Below, piece after piece: positions 24,975 to 38,249 of a stretch of 64,000 nucleotides of DNA. Origin of the DNA: Octopus sinensis (Eukaryota); the NCBI RefSeq assembly GCF_006345805.1, contig NC_043005.1, positions 25,048,001 through 25,112,000 of the forward strand, read 5' to 3'. The notes beneath the pieces are model-generated. The model worked only from the letters and a program-made list of their open reading frames with translations, had not been told where the DNA came from and did no database searches. Both the position numbers and the translations under genes were made by a program. Every line of letters starts with the position of its first letter. Position 1 is the first letter of the stretch.

Positions 24975-25129
24975 GATTGGTGGCCTAATTTCATTAGTTC
25001 CAGAAGAACTGAAGGAACGCTGCAATAAGTGTGTGCATCTGAGAGGGGAATATGTTGAATAAAATCACAATGAATTGATCCCCCTGTATTTTCTGTTACC
25101 CAAAGCAGGAACTTTTCAGTACCTCCTCG
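24975..25129 (+). mobile_element. mariner 3' end fragment with TIR
   Basis: RCNKCVHLRGEYVE* followed by GGAACTTTTCAGTACCTCCTCG|TA. Confidence 0.65.
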
Positions 25130-25164
25130 TATATTCAAATATGTTTTTTTTTTGTTTTTTTTTT

Positions 25165-25383
25165 GTACTTGTTTCAGTCATTTGACTGCGGCCATGCTGG
25201 AGCACCGCCTTTTAGAGTGGTGAAAGAGTACAGCAGGGATCACCACCATCCCCTGCCGGAGCCTCGTGGAGCTTTTAGGTGTTTTCGCTCAATAAACACA
25301 CACAACGCCCGGTCTGGGAATCGAAACCGCGATCCTCCGACCGCAAGTCCGCTGCCCTAACCACTGGGCCATTGCGCCTCCAT
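25165..25383 (-). mobile_element. tRNA-derived SINE (OR-like head) joined to the common SINE tail
   Basis: Minus strand GGCGCAATGGCCCAGTGGTTAGGGCAGCGGAC..GGTTTCGATTCCC head; tail GGTGCTCCAGCATGGCCGCAGTCAAATGACTG. Confidence 0.8.
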
Positions 25384-25537
25384 ATATATTATATATATAT
25401 ATATATATTATATATATATATATATATATAATATATATATATATGTACATATATATATATAAGAACATATATAAATGTATGTGGATATATACAGATGTAT
25501 ATATTAAGACATATATCATGATTTATTTGATGAGCCA

Positions 25538-25587
<50 letters not shown>

Positions 25588-25588
<1 letters not shown>

Positions 25589-26320
25589 GGCTCAACCCAT
25601 AAACAATGTCTGTTTTTCGGTTGCATGAACTAAAAGTCGGAGGGGGACGGGATAAACTACTTGCACCAACTTGCTATAAAAGCTGGTAGTAATTTTACCT
25701 TGTATTTATTTTTAATGTAAGATTTGAAGAGTGCAGTTCGATTATAACAGTTAATTTTCCAAAGCTGTAATGGAAATGGAAAGAAGCATATTTGGCATAT
25801 TTTGCTTTATGAGTTCAATAATGGCAACAACAGAACGGAAAGTGCGAGGAATATTAATGCAATAAATGGGGATCGGACAATAAGCGTAAGCCAGTGTCAA
25901 CGGTAGTTCCAGAAATTCTGAGCCGGAAACTATAGCTTAGGAGATGAGCCTTGTCCTGGAAGATCTGTAGAGCTCAATGAGGCCGTCCTGCAAACCCTGG
26001 TGGAACAAAATCTCATCGTAACTGCTGAGGAACTAACAGAGAAACTTGGATTTGGTCAATCAACCGTTCATTGACACAGGCGTGCTATCGGAAAGTCAGC
26101 AAAATGGGTCAATGGGTTCCTTACAAACATTCCGTGTCTAATCGCGTGCAAAAAGTGAATGTGTGCTCTTCTTTGCTGTCACGTCTCACGAATGAACCTT
26201 TTCTTTTGGACCGAATAGTGACTGGTGACGAGAAATGGGTTCTCTATAATCTCTATAAAAATGTCGAGCGCCAGAGACAGTGGGTAGGGAAAGGGAAAAG
26301 ATCGACACCCCAGGCTAATC
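25588..26320 (+). mobile_element. mariner transposon, 5' half, pseudogenised
   Basis: ILLYEFNNG..DEPCPGRSVE..EELTEKLG..QWVP..DRIVTGDEKWVLYN from the ATG at 25770. Confidence 0.85.
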
Positions 26321-27084
26321 TGTAACCATCACCCATCCACCCAGATGACCTGTGACTATCACCCACCCTCACTATTTTTACACCTGAAAACGAATACTTG
26401 ATGACAATCGTATTTAAGGGATATATCATTAACGTTTATCATTTTTGGATAAAAAGAAGATTTTATACAGAAGAATTGCAATTCTTTTTATAACTGCAAT
26501 ACTCCAGCCAGATGAAAGACCCTTAGAAACTAGATCCAAGAACTTTGGATATCTCATCGGGATCATCATAGCATTTATCTCCCTGCCAAGGTTTACGATG
26601 TGGTCATCTGCCTCTTCAACCACCATTAAGTCAACAAAATTCGAGTTTGAATGATATTTTGCCGCCACTTCTAGCAGGCTGGCTGATTACGTGAGAGTGT
26701 TCCGAGAACTTTAAATGGTCTGTTACATAGTTTATCGTTTTATCTTCATGTCAAAAACTCTGTTACTTGATCGAGAAATATTCATGTAAACTAATTTTTA
26801 TCTTCTTATCATTATAAAAAAATTTCATGATCTGATCTGAATGTTTTTATGTATATTATTTCTTGACGCATCACAGAGAATACACAAAGCGTCAAATCAT
26901 TTTTTTCTCTCATTATTCTCCCAGACTCTATCACTTGATTTGAATACATTTTTGTAAACTAATTTTTGACGCCACAGAGGTTACACAAAACATCATACTT
27001 TACTTTTGAAAATCTTTGCAAATAAGTGAAACCAGTTAAGTTAATAAATACTCTTAAAAGACACCTGCATTTTCAGATTATTTT

Positions 27085-27149
<65 letters not shown>

Positions 27150-27379
27150 CGTTTTTGGAATTGGTTTGCAAGATTCTTTATGTGAGTTCGTGTGTTGAAG
27201 CATATACTGCTGTGTCTGGGGAGAGCCATTCTCTTTTAGTGCCTCACTGGTAAAATTTAACTTATTTCTTTTTTATTTTTGTCTCTCTCTCTCTCTATAT
27301 AAAAGAAATAAGTTGAAATTTTACCGATGAGTGAGTTATATGGCACTAAAAGAAAATGATTCTCCTCAGACACAAGAGT

Positions 27380-27418
<39 letters not shown>

Positions 27419-28013
27419 ATATAATATATATATATGTTTGTATGTGTGTGTGTGTGTATATACCTATTTGCATTCAGAGAACGATACGAAAGATATTCAT
27501 CTGCAATGAAAATATATTTGAACTTCTACGCACCCCGTTGTGATAGAAAATGGAAACTGTCTCACTGTTATACAAATGAGGCAGAGCAATTTAGTTCTGC
27601 CCGTATATGAATAAGGTATGAGTGAACAGCTATTGCTTACAGTTCTCTGTTATGAAAGAAAACGGCCGCACGATCATTGACGAGAATTCAATGAAATTGA
27701 AACTATTCACGTTGATCTTTTCTCTGGTCATAAAGAGATAAACAATATCTTGATAAAATTTTTTCTTTACTTTGGCAACAATACTAAATTGTGTGTGTTT
27801 ATTAAAACACATACGAGTTAGGTTAATCCTACATTTCAAATTGCACAAGGAAAAAAAACCCTCTGTATGAGACAATATTTATCAAGGTATACACACGCAC
27901 AGACAAATACATCCCCACAAACTGACCCCATCATACAAATATAGGCGTACTTATATATCTATATATTCATACGCATGCATATATACGTATGTATGTATAT
28001 ATGTATGTATGTA

Positions 28014-28049
<36 letters not shown>

Positions 28050-28304
28050 TGTATGTATGTATGTATGTATGTATGTATGTATGCATGTATGTGTGTGTAT
28101 ATATTTGTGTGATTGTTTGTCCCCCCCATTATCATTTGACAACTGATGCTGGTGTGTTTGCGTCCCCGGTTCGGCAAAAGAACCCGATAGAATAAGTACT
28201 AGGCCTGCAAAGAATAAGCCATGGAGTATATTTACTCGACAGCGGCCATGCACCAGCATGGCCGCAGTCAAATGACTGAAACTAATAAAAGAATAAGAGA
28301 AATA

Positions 28305-29573
28305 TTGGGTTGTCCGGAAACTTCGTGCCGATTTTCAAAGGAAAGAAAAAGGACAATATACTTGCCATTACATTTTTAATCAACCAAGTATGAACCATTT
28401 TGTTGCACAATGCGTCTCCTTCTTTCCTTTAACTTGAAATACCCTCTTCCCGGAACTGAGGTGGATTCATGGCAAAGAATTCATCAAGGTATCTTTTTAC
28501 GTCATCCAAGGAATTGAAATGTTTACCATTAAGACTATTCTGCAGAGACCTGAATAAGTGGAAATCCGAAGGAGCAATATCTGGTGAATATGGAAAGTGG
28601 GGTAACACATCTCAGCCGAACTGCAGCAATTTTTGTCTGGTTCCCAAAGAAACGTGCGGTCTTGCATTATCATGTTGGAAAACAACACCCTTCCTGTTGG
28701 CCAATTCTGAACGTTTCTCTTGAATTGCTGCTTTTAACCCGTCCAGTTGTGTGCAGTATTTCTCAGAATTAATTGTCTGGTTACTTGGGAGAAGCACATA
28801 GTACAGAATTCCTTCCCAATCCCACCAGACACAAAGCAAATCGTTTTTTAGGGTGAAGAGCCGCTTTTGGGAGTGGCTAAGGGTTGCTTATGTCGCTTAC
28901 TCCAGGATCGCTTTCTCTGAATATTACGGTAGATAATCCATTTCTCATCACCTGTCACAATTTGCTTTAAAAAAGGCGCGTTTTCATTCCGTTTATAAAG
29001 CGAGTCACGGATGGAAATGCGATCCAAGAGGTTCTCCTCATTCATCTCATGTGGTACCCAAATATCGCAGCGATTTGTGTACCCAAGCTTTACCAGGTGC
29101 TCATGAACGACGGATTTTGCTAGGTTCAGGCTTTCTGCCAATTCTCGGGCTGTGCAATGTGGGTTATTCTAAATTAAGTACTTGATTTGGTCATCATCTG
29201 TAGTGGATGGTCTGCCTGATCGCTCTTTATCAATAAGGCTACAATCTCCAGGTCGGAACCTTGCGAACCACTTCCGTACAGTTTTTTCGGATAAAGAAAT
29301 ATCACTATAACCTGCGCATATTTCTTTGGGTTTTCCCTTTATGGAAAAAGAAGAGCATCAAGTGCCGAAAATGAACTTTCTTATCTTCCATTTTAAAGGG
29401 TAACAGAATTAGCAAAGGTTATAGGAACATAAACCTTCTTCCACGAAAAGATAGCTTAAACTCTGCTCTAAATGGAGGTTTAGTCAAATCCTATTTTATA
29501 AACTCAATCATGTTCTAAAATAAGTCGAAATATAAGCTACTATAAATCGGCATGAACTTTCCGGACAACCCAA
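28305..29573 (-). mobile_element. Full-length (1269 bp) inactive mariner (DD34D) with TIRs and TA target duplication
   Basis: TIR TTGGGTTGTCCGGAAA(C/G)TTC(G/A)TGCCGATTT at both ends, each flanked by TA; transposase relic 29391-28377 with WVPHE, TGDEKW, HDNARPH and YSPDIAPSDFHLF, plus stops and frameshifts. Confidence 0.95.
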
Positions 29574-29790
29574 TATATATATATTTGACCGCTAGCTACT
29601 AAAGCTTTCTTTTTTTTATTCTCCTTCTGTTTATTTCAACCTTCTCTTTCTCACCTTCCCGAGCGTTAACCTAACCTAATGCACCTGTTTGTTGTTTATA
29701 CACCTGTCTTCGTCTGTTGTCTTTTGTAAATTCCAACTATATATATGTATATATATATATATATGGAGAGAGAGAGAGAGAGATGGTGGG

Positions 29791-29853
<63 letters not shown>

Positions 29854-29860
29854 TGGTGGG

Positions 29861-29922
<62 letters not shown>

Positions 29923-30089
29923 GCAATTATGTAGATAAGCAAATTAGATACATCAAATATATCAAATATATTAGCTTGGGTATGAAATACAAAATATGTT
30001 TATATGTGTACATTCAAAACGAGAGGAAGCAAAATGTGGAGATTTCGAATGATGAATTTTAGGTCTAAATATATAGATATTTATATAAA

Positions 30090-30785
30090 ACGAGCGACGA
30101 AACCGTTCTGCACGCACTCGTGCAGTGTCCAACAATTTCCGACCTGTGGGCTTATGTCGAACGACTGCTGTCATTTGTGGGACGAGTCGGTTTATCAACC
30201 GAGTCTATCGTCAATATTGTCACGCCTCCTTCCTTCAAACGGGAAGGAAAAGCTATTTTTATCGTTTTTGTGGCTATGGGAAAAGAATGTATCTGGTGGA
30301 CGCGTCTGAAAGGATTAGAGACAAATACTTTCCCCTCTGGTCAATCTCTCATTAACTTCTTCAAGTATCACTTGAAAAGGAAAGTGAGAGTAGAGAGGCA
30401 AGTTTTAATCTAGCGAATGTTTAAAAAAAAAAGATGGGTGAATGTAGCAAGGATGGCAGATATGAATGACGAATCCACCTTGAACCCGGAAAAATTTAAA
30501 ACAGAGGGTTACCTACTTGCAAACAAATATGGTAACATGTAACATTATTGACCGAGGTTACCGTGGTCTTTTCCGTAGGCTTTTCTTTCCTCGGATAAAC
30601 CTTATCTGCTTCCCTCTTTATACTTTACGTCATGACATTTCTGTGATACACGATCCCTATTTATAATATTTTTTCTTTTTCTTTTTTTCTTTCCCTTTTC
30701 TTTTTTTCCTACCCAAAAAGAAAAGCTCTACTTTGTAATCTGTCCCGTCTGTGTGCAGCCCTGTGTGGCTAATAAAGAAACATAT
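30090..30785 (+). mobile_element. Tx1/L1-clade element 3' fragment
   Basis: ORF piece QCPTISDLWAYVE..FKYHLKRKVRVE matches 4550-4810; same 3' UTR and AATAAAGAAAC end. Confidence 0.85.
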
Positions 30786-30870
30786 CTATATATTTATCTA
30801 TCTATCTACTTATCTATATGATAATTTTAATAACCAGCATATGACAAAATTTTGAAGTCACTCTATGAAA

Positions 30871-30937
<67 letters not shown>

Positions 30938-31463
30938 GTGTGTGTGTGTTTGTGTGTTTCACTTCCACTTCCACTTTCTGTACACTTTGGTTGGATCTGT
31001 TGATGTATGTCTTTTATGCTTCAACATAAGTAACATTTAATGAGCTAGAAAATAGCAGAAATTATCTCCAATTATGGCAGCTATCTTTCATACGTCTTCT
31101 ATCGACACGTGATAACTGATTTCCAGGGAAATCTAGTCTTGAGAAAGAAAGTATGCCAGTACTGATTATATATCCTTTTAAAGTCATCATATATCTCATT
31201 TTAAAAAGAAATATGAACAACACTGTGTGTGTTTATATACATACGTAATATGTATAGATAGATGCCTAAAAGGTGGGGTAATAGCGTGTTTATGTGTCAG
31301 TATATATATATATTTGTATGTATGTATGCATGTATATATTCATATATTTCCGTAAGTATATAAATAATATATGTATGAACACACACAATACATGTTATAT
31401 ATGTTGTGCGTAGTTATACAAACGTACATATATATTTGCACACAAACACACACACACACAGAC

Positions 31464-31528
<65 letters not shown>

Positions 31529-31582
31529 CAAATATATAAACATTTGCATATAAATATATATATACAGACCCCCTACATACAT

Positions 31583-31618
<36 letters not shown>

Positions 31619-31821
31619 GCAAATATATATATGTATATACATATATATATATTTATATGCATATGTATATATTTATGTATACATGCATTAGTGTGTGTAT
31701 ATATATATATATATATATATGCATGTATGTATATGTGTATAGACATATATTTGCATATATATATGTATGTATTCATATGTATATGTATATATTTATGCAT
31801 ACATGCATTAGTGTGTGTATG

Positions 31822-31858
<37 letters not shown>

Positions 31859-32440
31859 GTGTGTGTAAATATGCATGTATGAATATGTGTATGATAATAA
31901 ATCTATATATGGATGAAGGTGCGATTATATATGTATATACGTGTCAGCATGTATATGTATGCGTTTTTATGTGCATTTTTATTTACTGTTGATTGCAATA
32001 ATCACATTTCCATTTTTGTATGTGCGACGACAGCTTTTCCCACAAATATCAATCTACAGCAGCATAATGTAAGTAGTAGCACCATACAAAAAAAAAACCC
32101 CAAAAAATCAAAGCAGTTCCATACCGATTCCTGGCCACCATGCCAAAATTTGGTCTCCCGTTTGGCGTCAGCAAAATCTTAATTGATCCACATGACTCGC
32201 CTGTGCACAAACGAAATGATGTCATTTCCGCTCAAGTCGATTACGTGGTAGAGAAGTTGATATCTGTTCACAGCACACAATGAGTTCAAAGTCAACATTT
32301 TCTGTGGTGGTTTGGTAGAATTGTTATTGAAGTAGGCAAAATGATTTGTCTTTGTTCCAGATATAATATCTCTGAAAGCGACTAGTCCTTTCAAGTGCTA
32401 CTTGTCGCCTCCATCAAATTTTCAGGTCGTTCTTTTATGT

Positions 32441-32854
32441 TTCTTCATATGTTTCACTCATTTGACAGTGGCTATGCTGGTGCACCGCCTTTAGTCGAGC
32501 AGGGCTTAATCTTTGTAAGCCTAGCACATATTCTATCACGCTCTTTTGGTTAACCGCTAAGTTACGGGGATGTAAACACATCAGCATCGGTTGTCAAGCT
32601 ATGTTGGGGCACAACACAGACGCACAAACACACACACACACAGATACAGACAAAAAAACAGACACCCCCCACACACACCCACATACACATACGACGGGTA
32701 CTTTCAGTTTCCGTCTACCAAATCTACTCACAAGGCTTTGGTCGGCCCGAAGCTATAGTAGAAGGCACTTCCGCAAGGTGCCACGCGGTGGGACTGAACC
32801 CGGACCGATGTAGTTGGTAAGCAAGCTACTTACCTCACATCCACTCCTGCGCCT
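32441..32854 (-). mobile_element. Full-length microsatellite-containing tRNA SINE
   Basis: Reverse complement of the 11809 family. Confidence 0.8.
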
Positions 32855-32910
32855 ATAGTAAAAAGAATCCTCCTCCCCTTCTCCCCTCCTCCTCCTCCTC
32901 CTCCTCCTCC

Positions 32911-32944
<34 letters not shown>

Positions 32945-32945
32945 T

Positions 32946-33289
32946 ACTATTGTTTTACTTCTCAGAGCGTTCGGTCAGATTCTATGAGAGCGGACAGCAG
33001 CCGGCTGTCAGAAGTCTCACGGGGCCTCTTTTAGTACATTATAAGCTTTGATATTTGGTTATTAATTATCGTGGGAGATATTCAACATCCAAGCACTAAT
33101 TTCAAAATCCTAGCTGTCCCCAACAAAGCAGTTTTTGGGACTTGCTCTGCTCTCATGTCAATTCTGAATTCTCTGACATATTTCTCGAACTTGGTTGTTA
33201 GTGTTCCGAGTGCCCCTACAACTACTGGAATAACAGGCACTCTCCCCATAGTCCACATTCTTGCAATTTCGTCTTTTAGAAATATGTGA

Positions 33290-33290
<1 letters not shown>
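32946..33290 (-). mobile_element. 5'-truncated R4/Dong-like (restriction-like endonuclease) non-LTR element 3' end
   Basis: LKDEIARMW..VPVIPVVVGALG..KTALLGTARILKLVLGC* (stop 33082-33084), short 3' UTR, bounded by (TAA)n and (TGA)n. Confidence 0.8.
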
Positions 33291-33529
<239 letters not shown>

Positions 33530-33530
<1 letters not shown>

Positions 33531-34012
33531 GTGAGAGAGCAGTGTATGCCATCAAAGTGACACTGGGGTAAAATATACGAAGCCCAGTATACCCATCATG
33601 ACTACCTGATAAGGGTACACCAGGCACATGCATCACAACCATATGTGCGCGGCATGGTGTTCTCATATGAAGATAAACAGCGCATGACCATGCAGGTGGG
33701 ACCCAGTTAAGGATTGTTTAAGGATGTTGAACGAACCATCCATGTTTGCAAAGGTGAATTATCCAAACCTTTAAAAATTCCTTTAGGACATGGCTATGAT
33801 GCTCCCCCACTTCTTCTGCTTGTGATCAGAGATACACATATCGTCAGCCACTAAGGGAGAGGGTCAACTGGTTAAGGTCAAACAACTGACAAGCAAATCT
33901 GTGGTATTGAGCAGAATATTTACTGTAGCCCATCTTTTATACCAAGACAAAACAACATACATGGTAGCACTTCCAATCAGTTAAGATCAAAAGCCATGAG
34001 AGCCACTACCTG
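33530..34012 (-). mobile_element. Non-coding repeat ending in an (AAT)n tail on the minus strand (SINE-like or LINE 3' UTR)
   Basis: GC-balanced block that abuts (AAT)n directly (..CTCTCTCACTC-AATAATAAT); family assignment is from recall, not alignment. Confidence 0.45.
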
Positions 34013-34299
34013 AAAATCCAGATGGGTCTCATTAATTTTTGTAAATTTAGAACATTTTTATTTCAGGAATTTGTTTTCAGAACTCGGTTGTAGATTGGCA
34101 TTTGTGGATCTCCTGTAATTTCAATTGTTCCATTTCTACTATATACAATTGTGCAACCAGAAGATAGAGAACCGGACAACCGTCAATGACAGTGTGAACC
34201 ATGAATAGATTTACAGCAAAGCGAATCAGAATTTCAGGTTCTGCAAGTCATCAAATTTGGTTAGAATAATCCCAAGCCATACTTGTAAGTTACCTTTTA

Positions 34300-34600
34300 T
34301 TGTAGTTTGTGGTCGTTTATTTCAATATCAGGGAATCTATTTACTCTCCTACTGAGATTAAGAAAGTGACTAGTTTCTTGATAATGCATGTCTTTGGAAA
34401 ATCGTTTTATTCCTGAAGCTGAAAACTGCTTGAGTAAGATCAGAAACAATTTTGTCCTTTCCCTGGAGAGCAAAGTCGAGAGCTCATAGATCATATATTA
34501 TATCAGTAAGGAACATCAGACCTTCCGTCTATTCATTATATTTCATGGGAGAATAGACTCTTTTCTTTCAGAAAAATAGATCCTCATACGTATTCAAAGC
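34300..34600 (-). mobile_element. hAT (SPIN/GTF2IRD2-like) transposase fragment
   Basis: LMFLTDII..L..LQGKDKIVSDLTQAVFSF.NK resembles the LAFL.DI..HLN.LNL.LQGK motif. Confidence 0.6.
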
Positions 34601-35233
34601 ATTGGCGGCTGGCTTTCAATTTACAATGCAGTAGAATATTACCTAACCTTTTATTAGTCAAGCACTCCTTTAGTCACCATAATAATCACATCACGCTGTT
34701 AACCACAAACATGGCTTACACAAAATAAAGAAACAATAACATTAACGGCACTTTTGCTGTTGGTCATTTTTCACTAATTTCCTAATGCTTGATCTAGAAT
34801 TTGTGATTGCCAATCATGAGGCTATATTACATTCCGTTTCCGGTTTCATTTTTACAGGAAATAGTCGCAAATGCAACTTAATGGAGGTAAGTTGTGGAAA
34901 AACGATACATTGTTTCTAATGCTGTTAATACAAGTGAGGGCAAGTAATTTGTTGTTCTAACTAAAATTCTATAAAGAAAAGAGATCAAAAAATAATTATT
35001 ACTTACTTCCTTTGTAGTTTTAGCAACTTCCCTTTAAGGTTTTCAGTATAATCCATCTTTTACAAGACTGACTGCCGGATTTAATCAACAGATTACTTCA
35101 ATATGTACTTCTTTAACATATTTCGAATCTCCGACAGATGAATGAAGAAAATGAAGAATTTTCTTTTTCACTTCGGTGCTTCCAAAGTGATACCGTTCTT
35201 TTAAATATCTCAGCCCTATCAAGACATTGCATC

Positions 35234-37250
35234 TAGGCCATGGGATAGTAGGGGGTCATGGTCCCCCCCCCATTCTTGTGATTTACTTTAATGGGTATTT
35301 TCATGTAGCCCTGGATCTAACGAGTCAGAAAATAATTGATGTTGCCAGCAAAACACTGGGATGGAAGATACCCCCGCCCCATGGACTTTTTGTCCACACT
35401 CACTTTTACAGCTGGAGGTAGGAAATTAGGGGTATGGAAAAATCAAACAGCTCTAACTTTGCAGCCCTTTACCAAAATATTTCAAATGACTACTTAAAAT
35501 GATTGCCTGGTTAAGATCTACAAGTTCATGCAAATGATAAGTAAATTTGTTCTGTAAAAAGGTCACCAGAGGTAAAAAGGTCACGAACTTTGACCTTTAC
35601 CAATAATATCTCGCATTCACAAGCTTTACTTAACACCCAGACCATATAATGCTTTTTTTTATTGAAAATTAATCAAAGAAGAAGGTTTACATGTGCTTTT
35701 TAATAACAAATGTAAAAAAAAAATTAAAGAAATAGTGTTTAGCCCGTGGAATGTGAGATATTTCTGTACTTTTACTTACTCTTTTCTGCGTATTACTGAA
35801 TGTGTCGAAGAGAAGTAAGGTAAAATCTAGCAATTTGTACTTTGGAATATTTCCTTGAATCATTGCAAATGACCACAAAAGATGATATTTGAGTTGATCT
35901 ATAAAAATGAAACATTAAAATTATGCAAACATTTTCATCAAACATGATTCCAGCTTCCATTGTCCACCCATGTTCTTCGTCTGGCACTGAAGGCTTTGCA
36001 ATGTTCGCGAGCTTCTATATCCTTGTCTGAAAGATGCTACGCCGAACATATTATTCGAGGGCGTTTCTACATTGGGGCAGTGAGGCGAGATCGAATTGCT
36101 TAGATTTTATGAAATCTTTCTTCTCACAGCACTTCGCTCCCGAGGTTGTGAAATGTAATGTATTCACCTTTTTCGTCCTTTTGTTACAATACGGCACGCA
36201 TGTGAACCTCTCCAGTTTATTCATCACCTCCTCGTCGACTTCACAAGACTCCCCTAACTTGGAGAACGCTTTCTGAATTGATTCAACGACTTTCAGTCCC
36301 TTCACTTTTCCCTTCCCTTTGAAGGCACTGGTACTATCGCACCTGATAAAGGCATGATGACCCAGCAATGCAGAAGATAGAAAAGGCGTGGAAGACATAG
36401 CCAGCTTGGTCACATCGATACAGTGTTGTGTGCTGCCCTTTCTAATTTCAAATAGAATTTGAAGTTCTTCCAGCAGTCTAGCATGGTGAAGTAAGACGAA
36501 TGATATGTCTGAATGGTGACTCTTCATCGAACGGATTCGCACCCCCGTTCTTTGGCAAACATGCAATACAGGATCACACGAGTGTCAGTTTCTTCTTTAT
36601 GAAGATTTGAGAGAGTGTATTTCATAACAGAATATATTATGTCCATCCGGTGTCAACTGGGAAGCTTTTCTTTCACATATTCACATATCAGTACGATCTC
36701 ATGTCCGGTGAGAATGTGAGCAGACACCTCACTCATCCAAGTTGAGAGCAAAAGCTGAATGAACTGTGTCTTGTTCTCATCATCTGTAAGAAAGATTTTC
36801 CAGTCTTCCGGATGCTTTGTTTTCTCACCACCCAGGCTGAGTTTGTCTCCACCACTAGAACTGCAATACCAGAACGGAGATCAATCAACTCTCGTAAAAC
36901 ATCAGTGCACATAGATCAAGTATGCTTTATTCCAGTTCATTATTACATGGTAAAACATCCTCGTAAACATCAATAACTTTAGTAGTGGTAAGAGATGCTT
37001 CACAAAACAGATATTGTTCTTTCATGGTATCATCGTGCTCATATCGGGAACACACGACCAACTGGTTCAGGCATCAAATGTTAGGTGATACAAGCACTGA
37101 AATGCTGATGAGACATTGGGTTATTTCTTTTTGCTTACCCCTTGGATAAAGGCTTCGGTCCATTTTGGCAACTGGTCATACCATGCCATTATGTGAGACA
37201 GAGGACTCATTTGGATTTGTTGCTACTTCTTTGATCAAGGAAAAGTTATA
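35234..37250 (-). mobile_element. Decayed Academ-like (XPG-domain) DNA transposon, one terminus plus the C-terminal coding region
   Basis: DWKIFL..ENKTQFI, HKEETDTRVIL, HAFIRCDSTSAFKGKGK, LERFTC, LASLPQC, HGW; terminus TAGGCC at 35234 with subterminal AAAAAGGTCAC repeats. Confidence 0.7.
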
Positions 37251-38249
37251 ACATTTTAGGGCAACACACTTTGACAAAATTTTCTGATGCACATTGAAAG
37301 AGATTTTCCTTGATACAATTATACGCCACTTCGAAAAGGGTTTGCCAAATAGATTTTGATGGTTGACAGAAGCCAAAGGTGAGGAAGAGTTATTGTATGA
37401 TCTTAGTGGGCACATTTGATTTGGAGTCTTTCTGTCGGTAATTCTCATCAGTGTATTTCATTCTTAAATGCTCCTGTAGTCGTTCAGGTTTTCGATTCGC
37501 TTTGAACGTGTAGCGTGTAGCCATTTTCAAATAGTAGCGCCAATTTGTGGTAGCTGGCAATATAACGTAATGTAGTATTGCCGAAGAAATATGATTGTCG
37601 TTTTCCCATTGGTTAATATAACCACTCATATAGGAATTCTAAAAATTACTTAAAGAATATTTTTATGTGATTTCGATTCTTTAAAGTCAAGTTGAGCAGT
37701 TATAAAAACCTTGGATTTTGGGAAATCTTTAGTGTTTGTGTGATGTAACTAAACTCCACGACACTCATCCTTTGAGACATTGGTTATTTTTTTATGCCAT
37801 GGCTATGAAAAATCCAACACGACTTGTTTGAATTGTTGAGATCTATAATAGTTAGAATGAGGAATTAGTTAGCTAAAATATTAAGTCGTGATTCTCTACG
37901 ACAAAATTACTTTACTTCAAATTGTATTATTAATGAAATGTATTTCTGTAATTATGAAACTGTATTTTTTATAGCGGTTAAAAGAACACGAAATTATTCA
38001 TATTCAACATACATGTACGTTTAATGTCCATTAGCGTTCCATAAAATATATTTCTCGCTATGGCGTTTATGTAGCTGGAGTCAGGATTTACGTATAATGG
38101 TAACACTTATAAGCAAGTTATAAGTGACGGTTTTATCATTATACATCCCTACTTAAAAAGCTAAATATATTTATCTACTTCCAAATAGGAAACATAATAA
38201 AGTAGCGTTACACTAACAGTAAACAAACCAACCAGAAAACATCTGCTAT

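Noticed and set aside
32179-32394. ORF with an LRR-like IDLSGNDI motif
   Set aside because: Single motif, in-frame stop shortly after and no strong donor site; likely chance
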